A DNA stretch of 64,000 nt. It comes from Candidatus Latescibacterota bacterium. GTDB taxonomy: Bacteria > Latescibacterota > UBA2968. Numbering within the stretch: position 1 is the stretch's first letter; every line of letters begins with the position of its first letter. The stretch is taken from positions 4,096,001 through 4,160,000 of the forward strand of contig OZ240241.1 in the NCBI GenBank assembly GCA_965198115.1, written 5' to 3'. Below are positions 48,398-58,320 of the stretch, in pieces. A program made the position numbers and the translations under genes. The notes under the pieces are model-generated. The model saw nothing but the letters and a program-made list of their open reading frames with translations, did no database searches and was not told the origin of the DNA.

Positions 48398-49075
48398 TCA
48401 GCCCGTTGCTTCGTCTCGGTCAACCCAGCCGTCGAGAAGGTGTATGATCCGCCTCCCATAACCCGCGTTCTTCTCCGAGTGCGTGCACTGAATGATCGTG
48501 ACACCCTCTTTGTTCAGCTCCGTGAACCGCTCCATGATCTCCGTGCCCTGCTCGGAGTTGAGGTTACCCGTCGGTTCGTCCGCCAGGATGAGCTTAGGTT
48601 TGATGATCAGCGCCCTCGCGACACCCACGAGCTGTTGCTGTCCGCCGGAGAGCTGGTTGGGGAAGAGGTCTTTCTTGGCCACGATCCCGAATCGATCCAG
48701 CATCTCCGCGACACGTCCTCGTCGTTTGCTCCCCTTGACCTTCTGGTAGAGAAGGGGCGTTTCGAGATTTTCGGCGATCGTCAATTCGTCGATCAGATGA
48801 TAGCTCTGGAACACGAATCCAATATGATCGCGATGGAGCTCCGTTCGTTTCCGTTCGTTCATCTTCTGGACAGGTTGATCGTAGAAAGTGTATGTCCCGT
48901 TGGAGGGTGTATCGAGCATACCCAGAATGTGGAGCAGCGTCGACTTGCCCGCGCCCGACGGCCCCATAATCGACACGAACTCGCCTTCATCGATCTCCAG
49001 ATTGATCTCCCGAAGCACGAACGTCTTGATGAACTTGTTCGAGTAGTGCTTTTCGATTCCATCCAGCTTGATCAT
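48398..49075 (-). CDS. ABC transporter ATP-binding protein (MacB/LolD-like)
   Basis: [16 protein letters not shown] and ADEPTGNL motifs. Confidence 0.95.
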   Translation of the reverse strand: MIKLDGIEKHYSNKFIKTFVLREINLEIDEGEFVSIMGPSGAGKSTLLHILGMLDTPSNGTYTFYDQPVQKMNERKRTELHRDHIGFVFQSYHLIDELTIAENLETPLLYQKVKGSKRRGRVAEMLDRFGIVAKKDLFPNQLSGGQQQLVGVARALIIKPKLILADEPTGNLNSEQGTEIMERFTELNKEGVTIIQCTHSEKNAGYGRRIIHLLDGWVDRDEATG

Positions 49076-49341
49076 CGCGCGACCTCCTGAACCTGTTGGA
49101 ACATCACGGGGATCTCACGCTCCGTCGGCGCCCCGATCTGGACTAGCCGCCAGCCCTCTTCGTACCCCTCGATCATCCTCTTCAGAACCAGCGCACGCTC
49201 CTCCCCCGGATGTGCTTCGCGCTGCCAGTCGAAGATGTCGATTCGGTAGGTCATGGTCCGCTTCTCACCATTGACCGTCAATTCGACTTCGATCGTGTCA
49301 TCTGCATCCACAGCCGGCAATTCGATCTTAACCTTTGGCAT
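49072..49341 (-). CDS. Small hypothetical protein between two ABC ATPases
   Basis: 89 aa, globular composition, stop overlaps the next start. Confidence 0.75.
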   Translation of the reverse strand: MPKVKIELPAVDADDTIEVELTVNGEKRTMTYRIDIFDWQREAHPGEERALVLKRMIEGYEEGWRLVQIGAPTEREIPVMFQQVQEVAR

Positions 49342-49354
49342 ATGGCCCCCGCGA

Positions 49355-49408
49355 TCCGTTTATCGTTGTCCGTCTTCCGGTTCCCGGATAACGGATAACG
49401 GTTCTCGT
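49355..49408. repeat. Convergent heptamer arrays
   Basis: TCCGTTT ATCGTTG TCCGTCT TCCGGTT ... ATAACGG ATAACGG. Confidence 0.55.
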
Positions 49409-49467
49409 TCCACCAGCTCTCAACGTGACCACAACAGACGTCATCCCCACGACGCCCGGTAGCTATG

Positions 49468-50157
49468 CTAGACGTGGAACTCTTCTTGCGCCCCTTCTGT
49501 AACCACCCGACCGTCGAACAAGTGGATCACGCGGTGGGCATAGCCCGAATCGTGTGTCGAGTGCGTGACCATCACGATCGTCGTCCCGTTCTTGTTCAGC
49601 TCGGTCAGAAGATCCATCACTTCGGTACCGTGCGCGGAATCCAGGTTACCCGTCGGCTCGTCAGCCAGAATCAGCTTCGGTCGCGAAACAACGGCGCGGG
49701 CAACGGCCACACGCTGCTGCTGACCGCCCGAGAGCTGTTGCGGGAAGTGCTTTTGACGATGTGCGATCGCCATGTACTCGAGCACGTCGTTCACTCGCTC
49801 TTTCCGTTCCGAAGAGGATACGCCTTGGTACAACAGAGGCAACTCGACGTTCTCGTAGACGGTTAGCTCGTCGATCAGGTTGAAGCTCTGGAAAACGAAC
49901 CCGATGTTGTGCTTACGGAGATTCGCCCTCTGCCGTTCGTTGTAGCCCGACACTTCCTCCTCGTTGAAGAAGTATTCTCCCCCGCTCGGCTTATCCAGCA
50001 GGCCTAAAACGTTCAACAAAGTCGACTTTCCACATCCGGAGGGGCCCATGATGGCCACAAACTCTTCCTCATTGATATCGACACTTACGTTGTTGAGCGC
50101 TGCGGTCTCGACCTCCTCTGTGGTGTAGACCTTAGCGAGCTCCTTCGTCTGAATCAT
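49468..50157 (-). CDS. ABC transporter ATP-binding protein (MacB/LolD-like)
   Basis: GPSGCGKST, LSGGQQQRVA and [10 protein letters not shown] motifs. Confidence 0.96.
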   Translation of the reverse strand: MIQTKELAKVYTTEEVETAALNNVSVDINEEEFVAIMGPSGCGKSTLLNVLGLLDKPSGGEYFFNEEEVSGYNERQRANLRKHNIGFVFQSFNLIDELTVYENVELPLLYQGVSSSERKERVNDVLEYMAIAHRQKHFPQQLSGGQQQRVAVARAVVSRPKLILADEPTGNLDSAHGTEVMDLLTELNKNGTTIVMVTHSTHDSGYAHRVIHLFDGRVVTEGAQEEFHV

Positions 50158-50224
50158 CAGCTAAGCCTCCGTTTCCGTTGAATACCGGCCGTCAGTTGAC
50201 GACCGGACCGATCTCCTCCGCACT

Positions 50225-51628
50225 TCACTTCAATACGAGTTTTTCAATTTCCTCGTAGTTTTCGTACGAAGACGTCACGACACGCTCTCCAGGTCTCAGC
50301 CCATCCAGAACCTCGAAAAACTCCGGGTTCTGACGGCCGATTCGAACGTCGCGGCGGACGGCTTCGCCTTCGGTTTCGATCACGAAGACCCAGTTTCCGC
50401 CCGTGGTCTGGTAGAATCCGCCACGCTCGAGCAGGAGGGCCTCTTCGAGATCCCCCAGCGCGAGCCGTATCTGTAGGGTTTGACCCCGCCGGATGTCGTC
50501 AGGTGTCGCCGAAGTAAAGGTCATGTCGACGACGAATCGTCCTTCGAGCACTTCGGGAAATACGCGGCGAATAGTAAGCTCGAAGGGTTTTCCAGCCAGA
50601 TCGAATGTACCGGTCTGCCCCGCGTTGATCCGAGTAATGTAGAATTCATCGATCTGGGCGCGAACTCGAAACCCGTCCAGCACGTCCACCTGCCCGAACC
50701 TCACCCCCTTGATTTTCTGCTCCCCGATCTCCGCGTTCAGCGACGTCAGCTGACCCGTCACGGGAGCGCGAAGGGTGAGATTGTTCAGGCTCCTCTTGGC
50801 CGCTTCCAAATTGAAGGTCAACCGGGTTTGTGCATTCTCTAATTGCGCGAGTTGGGTCTTGCGCGAAAGGGAATCCTGGCGCACAGTCTCACGCATGAAC
50901 TCCAGTCGCCGCTCCCAGTAGTTGAAATCATCCTTTTCCGATTGGAAGGCCCGATCGGATAGAATAAGCCGCTTGTGCAACTCCTCATCCACCTGGAAAT
51001 CCCGCTTTCGCCTCAGAACGGTCTGTTCCAATTCGAGAAGCTGCTGCTGCCGCGAAATAGTTTGCTGAGCCAGGGTGATGCGTGTGTTTTCGAAATTGTT
51101 GACCTGCTCGTAGAAGAGCGCCTCCTGGTCCATCACCTTGAGCTCGAGTTCCGGGTTCGTGAGCTTCAGGATCGGGTCCCCCTTCTGAACCATCGCGCCG
51201 GCCTCCAGGTAAACCGCCTCGACGCGACCATTCTCCTGCGCGTCGAGAAAGATGGTCTGGATCGGCAGGACCTCGCCGCGAACGGGAATGAATTCCTGGA
51301 ACGGACCCCGCTCGACCGTCGAAATCGTGATACGCTCCGTCTGGACGTTGAGACGCGTACTGTGGTCCCCGAAAATCAGCTGGTAGACGACGGCACCCCC
51401 GAACAAGGCACCTGCCCCTACCGTCGCAATCCTGCGAGGCGGCCACTTCCGCCTGGCAACAATCCGATCCATCCCCTGACGAGGGGCATTTTCCTTCGTC
51501 GGAAGCGGGATCTCCTTGCCACGATCCGCATCCTCGTTCGTTGATGTGCCGGCAACCCGAGCCGCCAGCGACTGGCGACGTTTGGATTCGTCCTGTGAGT
51601 CGGTGTCTTTGGGTCCACCGTCCAGCAT
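50225..51628 (-). CDS. Efflux periplasmic adaptor (MacA-like)
   Basis: N-terminal TM segment, GPFQEFIPVRG, LRAPVTGQL, IDEFYITR and GRQNP motifs; alternative start at 51472. Confidence 0.92.
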   Translation of the reverse strand: MLDGGPKDTDSQDESKRRQSLAARVAGTSTNEDADRGKEIPLPTKENAPRQGMDRIVARRKWPPRRIATVGAGALFGGAVVYQLIFGDHSTRLNVQTERITISTVERGPFQEFIPVRGEVLPIQTIFLDAQENGRVEAVYLEAGAMVQKGDPILKLTNPELELKVMDQEALFYEQVNNFENTRITLAQQTISRQQQLLELEQTVLRRKRDFQVDEELHKRLILSDRAFQSEKDDFNYWERRLEFMRETVRQDSLSRKTQLAQLENAQTRLTFNLEAAKRSLNNLTLRAPVTGQLTSLNAEIGEQKIKGVRFGQVDVLDGFRVRAQIDEFYITRINAGQTGTFDLAGKPFELTIRRVFPEVLEGRFVVDMTFTSATPDDIRRGQTLQIRLALGDLEEALLLERGGFYQTTGGNWVFVIETEGEAVRRDVRIGRQNPEFFEVLDGLRPGERVVTSSYENYEEIEKLVLK

Positions 51629-52176
51629 CAGATGACAAGATCCTCTTCCAAATGTGCAAGATCCGTGCGAAGTCGCTTCCGACCCCGTTGCAACCAGATC
51701 TTCAACGTTCCGATCGGCACGTCCAGCGATCGCGTAATTTCCTCATACGACCATTCACGAATGTAATGTAACCATAAAGCCCGCCGGTAGTTGGTGGGAA
51801 GATGTAGAACCTTCGCGCGTAGCCTGCGCCGGCTATCCCGGCGCGAAAGATCGTGGCCGGGGTTGGGCGTCCCTGGCATCACGTCCAGGATCGGCTCGCG
51901 CTCCAAACGTTCCTGGTTCGCTTCTCTCGTTTTGCGTTGCCGCAAATGAGACGCGCTCACGTTGATGGCGATCCGCGTCAACCAGGTCGAAAACGTCGCA
52001 TCCTGGCGAAACCTGGGCAATGCCCGAAAGGCCTTGATGAACGTCATCTGGACAAGGTCCTCGACATCGTCGTGGTCCCGAACGGCGCGGGAAACCTGGG
52101 CCAGCACTCTGTGGCAATTAACGCGGTAGAGTTCAAAGAAGGCCGACTGATCTCTCCTGAGAGCATCGTGAATCAA
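51628..52176 (-). CDS. ECF sigma factor (sigma70 group 4)
   Basis: EDLVQMTFIKAF..FSTWLTRIAIN and SYEEI..DVPIGTLKIWLQRG motifs. The true start may be TTG 52204 (GGAGG RBS) with a 1-nt slip in GGGG 52180-52183. Confidence 0.88.
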   Translation of the reverse strand: MIHDALRRDQSAFFELYRVNCHRVLAQVSRAVRDHDDVEDLVQMTFIKAFRALPRFRQDATFSTWLTRIAINVSASHLRQRKTREANQERLEREPILDVMPGTPNPGHDLSRRDSRRRLRAKVLHLPTNYRRALWLHYIREWSYEEITRSLDVPIGTLKIWLQRGRKRLRTDLAHLEEDLVI

Positions 52177-52254
52177 GGTGGGGCTCAGAAGCTTCGGAAT
52201 TCAAGGGCGTCCTCCGGTCGCGGATAGGGTCTTTGTCTGCGTCGAAACCGAGCT

Positions 52255-52770
52255 GTGCGACTGGCGGCCAACCCGGAGATTCGGCCAGAACAGGGGAACA
52301 TTCTGGTCGTGGACGATGACGAAGACGTCCTGCTCGCTACGCGTCTTCTGTTGAAACCACGCGTCGAGCAGATCCATACAGAACCGGAAAACATCTCCGC
52401 CAGACTCGAAGCAACGACGTATGACGTCATCCTGCTCGACATGAACTTTTCGCAGGATGCCACCTCCGGACGCGAGGGGTTCACCTGGCTGGGACGCATT
52501 CTGGAGCAGGATCCGTCAGCCGTCGTCGTGCTCATCACGGCCTTCGGTGGAGTCGAGACCGCGGTCGAGGCCATCGACAGAGAGCAACAGACTTCGTGCT
52601 CAAACCCTGGCAGAACGAAAAGCTCCTGGCCACGCTGTCGGCCGCGGCGAGGCTGAGGGCATCGCGACAGGAGGTTTCGGACCTTCGCTCTCGCCAGAAA
52701 GGCCTGACCCACACCCTCGATCGAACGGGAAACGGCCTGCTCGGCCACACCCGGCGGAGGCTCCAGCTGG
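52255..52770 (+). pseudogene. Truncated NtrC-type response regulator (receiver and linker only)
   Basis: ILVVDDDEDVL, LLDMNF and ITAFG, frameshift near 52580, then TDFVLKPWQNEKLLATL. No AAA+ or HTH domain follows. Confidence 0.82.
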
Positions 52771-52815
52771 TCCCCCCATCTCTCTCATCTGACCTTCGTG
52801 CCCACGGGTTGGTTT

Positions 52816-53190
52816 TCACACGCTGGAGCGCCACACGTGCCACGCCAGATACACCCACCCCGCTAGGAAGGCCACCCCTCCCAACGGCGTCACCGCACCC
52901 AACCACCGAACACCCGTAAGAGCGAGCACGTAAAGACTCCCCGAAAAGACCACGATCCCCGCGACGAACAGCCATCCCGCGATCGTCAGACCACTCCCCG
53001 GCCACTGCGTCGCCGCCCAGGCGACCGCCAATAGCGCCAGCGCGTGATACATCTGGTATCGCACTCCGACTTCGAAGACATCGAACAGATCAGTTGGCAG
53101 TCTTTGCTTCAAAGCGTGTGCGCCGAAAGCTCCGAGCGCCACGCCAAGGAACGCGAGCAGTGCTCCCATCGTGAAAAAGGTGCGTACCAT
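52816..53190 (-). CDS. DUF423 (YgdD/TMEM256) membrane protein
   Basis: GAFGAHAL, YQMYHAL, FSGSLY and GAVTPLGG motifs. Confidence 0.95.
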   Translation of the reverse strand: MVRTFFTMGALLAFLGVALGAFGAHALKQRLPTDLFDVFEVGVRYQMYHALALLAVAWAATQWPGSGLTIAGWLFVAGIVVFSGSLYVLALTGVRWLGAVTPLGGVAFLAGWVYLAWHVWRSSV

Positions 53191-53232
53191 ACTGTTCCCC
53201 TTGGGTGTTCGGTGTATTGTCGATTCTCAGTG

Positions 53233-55190
53233 TCAAAAATAATGGCTATGGCCATAGCCCGGAAACCAGATCACATCGACGGCGAAGGAAAGCCCCGCGG
53301 CGACAAAGTGCCCGAGCGCAAGCCCGATGAAGAAAGGTTTTGCCCGATCGTAGTGCATCAGTCCTCCGATTCGGATCAGGATCGTCTTGATGGTCCAGGC
53401 CGCAAACAATGTGAGTACCGTCCACTGGACCTGGCCGACGGATGCGATCGAAAACCCGATCGGATGCAGCCTCCACCACGTGAAACGATGGCGCAGTCGC
53501 GTCAACAGGAACGTTGCTATGACGCCGATCGCGAAGAAGACGACGTACCAGGGCTCAGGACCTTGTCCCGCCGTCATCTTGCCGACGATGGTGTTGAATG
53601 GAACCTGCCCGCCTCTGCGGAAGACCCATTCCCCAAAGTTGTAACCGCCGCTTTCATAGGCCAGACGCAACGAAAACCAGAAGGAGATGACCAGACTCAA
53701 TCCCAACCGAGGGCCATTGCCTTCACCAACGCACCTCGGGACGCCCGATGTTCAGTATGGATGCGGGCCGCGTGGGCACCGAAGGGCATGAAGTTGGCGA
53801 TCGGGTCGCACGCCCACGCGTAGGACAGCGCCAGTCCGGTCATCGTCGACGATGACAGCAGACCGGGCCCCACCACGTGCATCGCGAACGCCTGCGGCAA
53901 CAACGGGCCGCGGACGAAAACCAATCCCCCTTCGATCACGATACGCGTCAGACCCAGGTAGAGAGTCGCCACCGCATAAAACAGGAGGAGCGCGATCGGC
54001 AACGAGATTCCGATAGCGTGCAGCCACAGCAGAATGTAAAGCGATGAAACAAGGACCGTCACGCACGCCGCCCGATACCCCATCATCTCTGCCGAATCGT
54101 CGACAGCCGGATCGCGTCGAACAGCCCGTCGCCAGACCTTGGCCAGATGGTCGCGCGCGACCCAGATCCCTCCGCCCACGAGTGCGGAAAACGCTCCGAA
54201 GCCTTGCCACGCGAGCGACGCCGGACTGACGGAATAGATCTCCGCCGTGCCGATCGTGAAACCCGTGCGGTTGAAGAGCGAGATCTCGGCCAGGTTCCAC
54301 AGGTTGAAGACCCACACGCTCATCAACACGTCCGTATGAACGAAGTAGGCGATGCCGAGCAGCGGGAGCGTCAGCGTCGACGAAATACCGGGAAAGACCT
54401 TTCCCCGTCGGATGGAAAGCCGTATGCGACCGAGCCTCGGCCACTGGGGATAGAAATAAGCGGGGATCTCCCACAGAATCTTTAGGAACGAAATGGCGAA
54501 CCCCGACCAGAACAGCCGTGAGGTCACCACCGAGGGAAAAATCACACACGACGCATTCATCACCGACAGGGGAATATCAGCCAACGGGAATCCCAAACGT
54601 TCCGAATCCACCCACTGGGCCCGGAAGACGACGATCAGCGCGATACTCAGTGCCAGCGTCGCCGCCACCAGACTCCCCCACCATCCCAACGGCACGACCC
54701 AGGCATCCCACGGAATATCCGCACCCGGCGGTCGTCCCTCGAAGAACCAGGCCGTCGCGGGTCCATCTGGAGGCACCGCCCAGACCGGCACGGCATCGTG
54801 GAGATACTCGGCCCAGCCGTTCTCGGGTGTCGCGAAGTAGTATGTCGACGCGGTGATCGACAGGATGTATCCCGTGATCCCGTAGGTCGGCACCGAAGCT
54901 GCCGCCAGCAGCATCACATAAATCACGCCCAGATCAGCTTCGGACAGACCGGCCGATGTTCGAATGGATTTAACCAGGGGGTTCAGCAGGAGGGTGACGA
55001 CAACGAAGGAGGACGCAAGCCCGAGCGGGAAGTAATTCGTCGTCATCAACGTCGAGTGAACGATCCACTCGGAGTAGGGCGCGATGACGTTCAATGCCCC
55101 CACGCAAGCGCACCCGACAACGAGGGCACGGCCGGTCAGGCCGTTTCGGGTGGGGCTCGCAGCTTCTTCAGTCCTAGGTTCCATCGCCAA
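53233..55190 (-). CDS. DUF6785/DUF6784-like polytopic membrane protein, copy 2 (1-nt frameshift near 53705)
   Basis: YFATPENGW, RAQWVDSERLGFPL, TRIVIEGG, WWRLHPIGF and PFFIGLALG motifs. Adding one T joins the two ORFs; collinear with copy 1. Confidence 0.78.
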
Positions 55191-55196
55191 GTCTCA

Positions 55197-55291
55197 CGCT
55201 CGACATTCGGCGTTGGTCATTCGATGTTGGACATTTTCAGAACCATAGGCGAAATGTCCAACACCGAACATCCAATGTCGAACGCTGAACG
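55197..55291. repeat. Inverted 7/14-mer arrays forming an approximately 40-bp imperfect hairpin
   Basis: CGCTCGACATTCGGCGTTGGTCATTCGATGTTGGACATTT versus AAATGTCCAACACCGAACATCCAATGTCGAACGCTGAACG. Confidence 0.8.
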
Positions 55292-55403
55292 CGTTGATCG
55301 TCCAGTGTCTGTTCGCAGCCGGGAGGTACATCCTGAGCGGAGTCGAAGGGCTGCTCCCACCAAAGAAATTCACATCTCCTCAGCCCCCTTCTCCCCTGCT
55401 GTC

Positions 55404-57374
55404 TTACCAAGAATGGACACCGTGACCATCCCCGAAGAACCACAGGTAATCGCCGAGGAACGATAGACCCACGCCAAGCGCATATCCAGCGATCAACCCC
55501 AGGCAAAGCGGTCGCGTACGGTTGTAGAGCGCGGCGCCCCCGATTCGCATCACCACGAACTTGGCCATCCAGGCGAGGAACACGGCGAACACCGAATTGA
55601 GCGTCGCGTAGGTCAGTGGAATCGTAAAACCCACGGGATGGATCGGCCACCAGGGAAGTCGGGCCCGAGCGAACAGAATCCCGGCCATCACGACCGCGCC
55701 GATGCCGTAGAACAGGAGCCGTTCGAGGTCGATGCTCCTCGTGTCCTGCATCTTCTTGATCGTCACGGTAAAGGCGTGCTTGCTGCCCGACGAAAAGGGA
55801 TAGTCGCTGAAATTGTAGGCGCCGCGTTCGTAGCCCCAGTTAAACGTCACAACCGTGCAGACCACGATGCCCACGACGATGGCGACCGAGACCGCAAGGG
55901 TCATCCGTCGACGGCGCCCCGACACCAGCTCGCCCAGCCGAGCAGCCTGAATCAACGGGGTCGCAAAGAGCCCCTTGCCCTGGGAGAAGAAGACGTACGT
56001 AAACGCACTCATCGTCATCGACGCGGGAGACAGATTGCCCGGTCCCAGCGCATAGATCGAAAAAACCTGTGGGGTGAGCGGCGCCCGCACATAAACCAGG
56101 CCCGATTCTGCCACGATGCGACCGATGCCCACGAACACGATGAACGTAGCGAACACGATCAGCGCGATCATCGACGGGGACATCCCCGCCGCCAGAAGCC
56201 AGAAGAAAATCAGAGCCACAGAGGCCGCCAGCCCCCAGACCGCCGCCCGGTATGAAAGAATCTCGTCGGAATCGTCAACCGTCTGTTTACCGAGCGCCGT
56301 TCGCCACACCTGCAACAGATGCTCGCGAGCAACGAACAGCCCCCACAAGACGAAAACGGTCAGCCCTCCAAAGCTTTGCCAGCCCGACGCAGCGTGGGGC
56401 TGGCTCCACGAGTCCTCCGTCCCGGTGATCTTGAACCCCAGACGATTGAACCCATAGACTTCCGTCCCGACGATCAGATAAAAGATCCAGAGACTCAGGA
56501 GGACTTCCAGGTTCGCCAGGTAGGCGAACCCCAGGGTGAAGGTGTTGACCCGCGTGCGGAATCGGGGAAACCCCCTGAGCGGTGTCATCCAACGTCCCGC
56601 ATAGTTGATGTAGGGCAGAAGCGGCGAGAAGAAGGTCGCAAAGTTCCAAACCATCACACCCAGCGGCATCACCAGCCCGACCCAGAACAGCCGTTCCCCC
56701 CAGAACAGACGTCGCTCTCCCCGGCCGCTATCCGCGACCCGGATCAGGTCCTCGGACGCCGCGACGAGGGGGTAGACCAGCCGCTCGTGCTGGCTCCAGG
56801 ATTTCCGCAGGATCACCGCAATCGCCAACGTCGCATAGACCACGGCCGCGGTCAGGGCGAGCCACCACGCGATCGGCATCGCCCACACACCCCACGGAAT
56901 CGGCACTTCTCCCGGCGGACCGTCGAAGAAATACGTCAGCGCCTGACCGGTGTCCCTGGGGGCGACCCAGTCGGGTATGTGGGGGTGGAAATACTCGCCC
57001 CACCGATTCTCCGCGTTCGCGAAGTAAAAAGGGGTAGCAATGATGCCGAGCAGGAACCCCATCAACCCCGACGTCGGGACCATCGCCCCGACGAATCCCA
57101 TCGCCAGGATCACAGCGAGATCGGCAGATGTGAGCACCAGCCACGACCCCACGCGACGGAGGAAGGGAACGGAAACGGCCAGCAGGAAGTAGGAAACGAA
57201 AAGCGCCACCGGGTAGTGGCTGATGTTCATCCGGGAGGCGTGGACCACATACTCAGCGTAGGTGATCCAGAAGTTGATCCACGCGACAAGCAGACCCCCG
57301 ATCCAGATGGCTCTGGGTCGAACGCCCTCACCGCCAGTCGCGCAAGCACCGACAGCTTCGGCACTCACGCCCAC
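55404..57374 (-). CDS. DUF6785/DUF6784-like polytopic membrane protein, copy 1
   Basis: FYFANAENRW, RKSWSQHERLVYPL, GRIVAESG and WWPIHPVGF motifs; many TM segments; 656 aa. Confidence 0.8.
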   Translation of the reverse strand: MGVSAEAVGACATGGEGVRPRAIWIGGLLVAWINFWITYAEYVVHASRMNISHYPVALFVSYFLLAVSVPFLRRVGSWLVLTSADLAVILAMGFVGAMVPTSGLMGFLLGIIATPFYFANAENRWGEYFHPHIPDWVAPRDTGQALTYFFDGPPGEVPIPWGVWAMPIAWWLALTAAVVYATLAIAVILRKSWSQHERLVYPLVAASEDLIRVADSGRGERRLFWGERLFWVGLVMPLGVMVWNFATFFSPLLPYINYAGRWMTPLRGFPRFRTRVNTFTLGFAYLANLEVLLSLWIFYLIVGTEVYGFNRLGFKITGTEDSWSQPHAASGWQSFGGLTVFVLWGLFVAREHLLQVWRTALGKQTVDDSDEILSYRAAVWGLAASVALIFFWLLAAGMSPSMIALIVFATFIVFVGIGRIVAESGLVYVRAPLTPQVFSIYALGPGNLSPASMTMSAFTYVFFSQGKGLFATPLIQAARLGELVSGRRRRMTLAVSVAIVVGIVVCTVVTFNWGYERGAYNFSDYPFSSGSKHAFTVTIKKMQDTRSIDLERLLFYGIGAVVMAGILFARARLPWWPIHPVGFTIPLTYATLNSVFAVFLAWMAKFVVMRIGGAALYNRTRPLCLGLIAGYALGVGLSFLGDYLWFFGDGHGVHSW

Positions 57375-57489
57375 CGAGTCTGCCTGAGGTCAGACGTCGG
57401 GATCGAGGGCGGGCGGGCCCACACCCACATCGTTCTCCCGTCTACCGGGGCGTTTGCTGCGAAGCTTCTCCCCGACTGCCCCGCCCGTG

Positions 57490-58320
57490 TTATTCGAACC
57501 ACAACCGGGTCGGTGTTTCTTCGAGGATCGCCGTTTGGACGGTTTCCGAAAGCCCCAGGGCCTGTCTGAACAGGTCCAGATGCTCGGCGTAGCTCGCTTT
57601 CTTCAACCAGTGTTCGCACGGAAAGTCCGAACCCCAAACACACCGATCGGGTCCAAAGGCCTCGATCAGCGTATGCAGGATCGCGTGCGTATCCGAAAAC
57701 GGGTACGTCTCGTCCGATCCCGTCACGCCGAACGTCAGCTTCACGTGAAGGTGCTGGAACCGTGCGAGCCCGACGACTTCCCTCACCGTTTCAGAGTCGA
57801 CACCCTCGGCAGCCGACGGATAGGCCGCGTGATCCAGCACGACCGGAACGTCCGTGTAGCGTGAGAGAAGATCGGCCAGTTGCGGCAGGTGATTCGTGCG
57901 GAGGTGCGCACAGATCACGACATTCAGATCTCGCGCCGCTTCCCAGAGCCGGACCGCGCCGTGGTGGTAGTAGAGGGGATGCGTGTCCCTCGTCGCCTCC
58001 ATCCGCAACCCGCGCACGTTGTGATTCTGAGATAGATCGGTCAGCCTACACACACTCTCATCCGACCGTGGGTCGAGTGTGCACACGCCGACGGCCCAGG
58101 CGCTGTTCTCACGCGAGCAGTCCGCGAGCAACCGATTGTCCCATCGGTAGGCCGACCCCGTCTGAATCAGGACGGCCTGGGCGACACCGGCGTCGGCCAT
58201 ATTGCGTGCAAGATGGTCGACGGTTCCCGTACCCTCGGGCGGTCGGCTCGGCTCCTCGATCATCGGATAGATCGATTCATCCGGATGGTAGACGTGTGCG
58301 TGCGTGTCGACGATACCCAT
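57490..58320 (-). CDS. Amidohydrolase_2 family protein (lactonase-like)
   Basis: VDTHAHV, VVLDH, VKL and FGPDRCVWGSDFP motifs; start overlaps the upstream stop. Confidence 0.9.
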   Translation of the reverse strand: MGIVDTHAHVYHPDESIYPMIEEPSRPPEGTGTVDHLARNMADAGVAQAVLIQTGSAYRWDNRLLADCSRENSAWAVGVCTLDPRSDESVCRLTDLSQNHNVRGLRMEATRDTHPLYYHHGAVRLWEAARDLNVVICAHLRTNHLPQLADLLSRYTDVPVVLDHAAYPSAAEGVDSETVREVVGLARFQHLHVKLTFGVTGSDETYPFSDTHAILHTLIEAFGPDRCVWGSDFPCEHWLKKASYAEHLDLFRQALGLSETVQTAILEETPTRLWFE

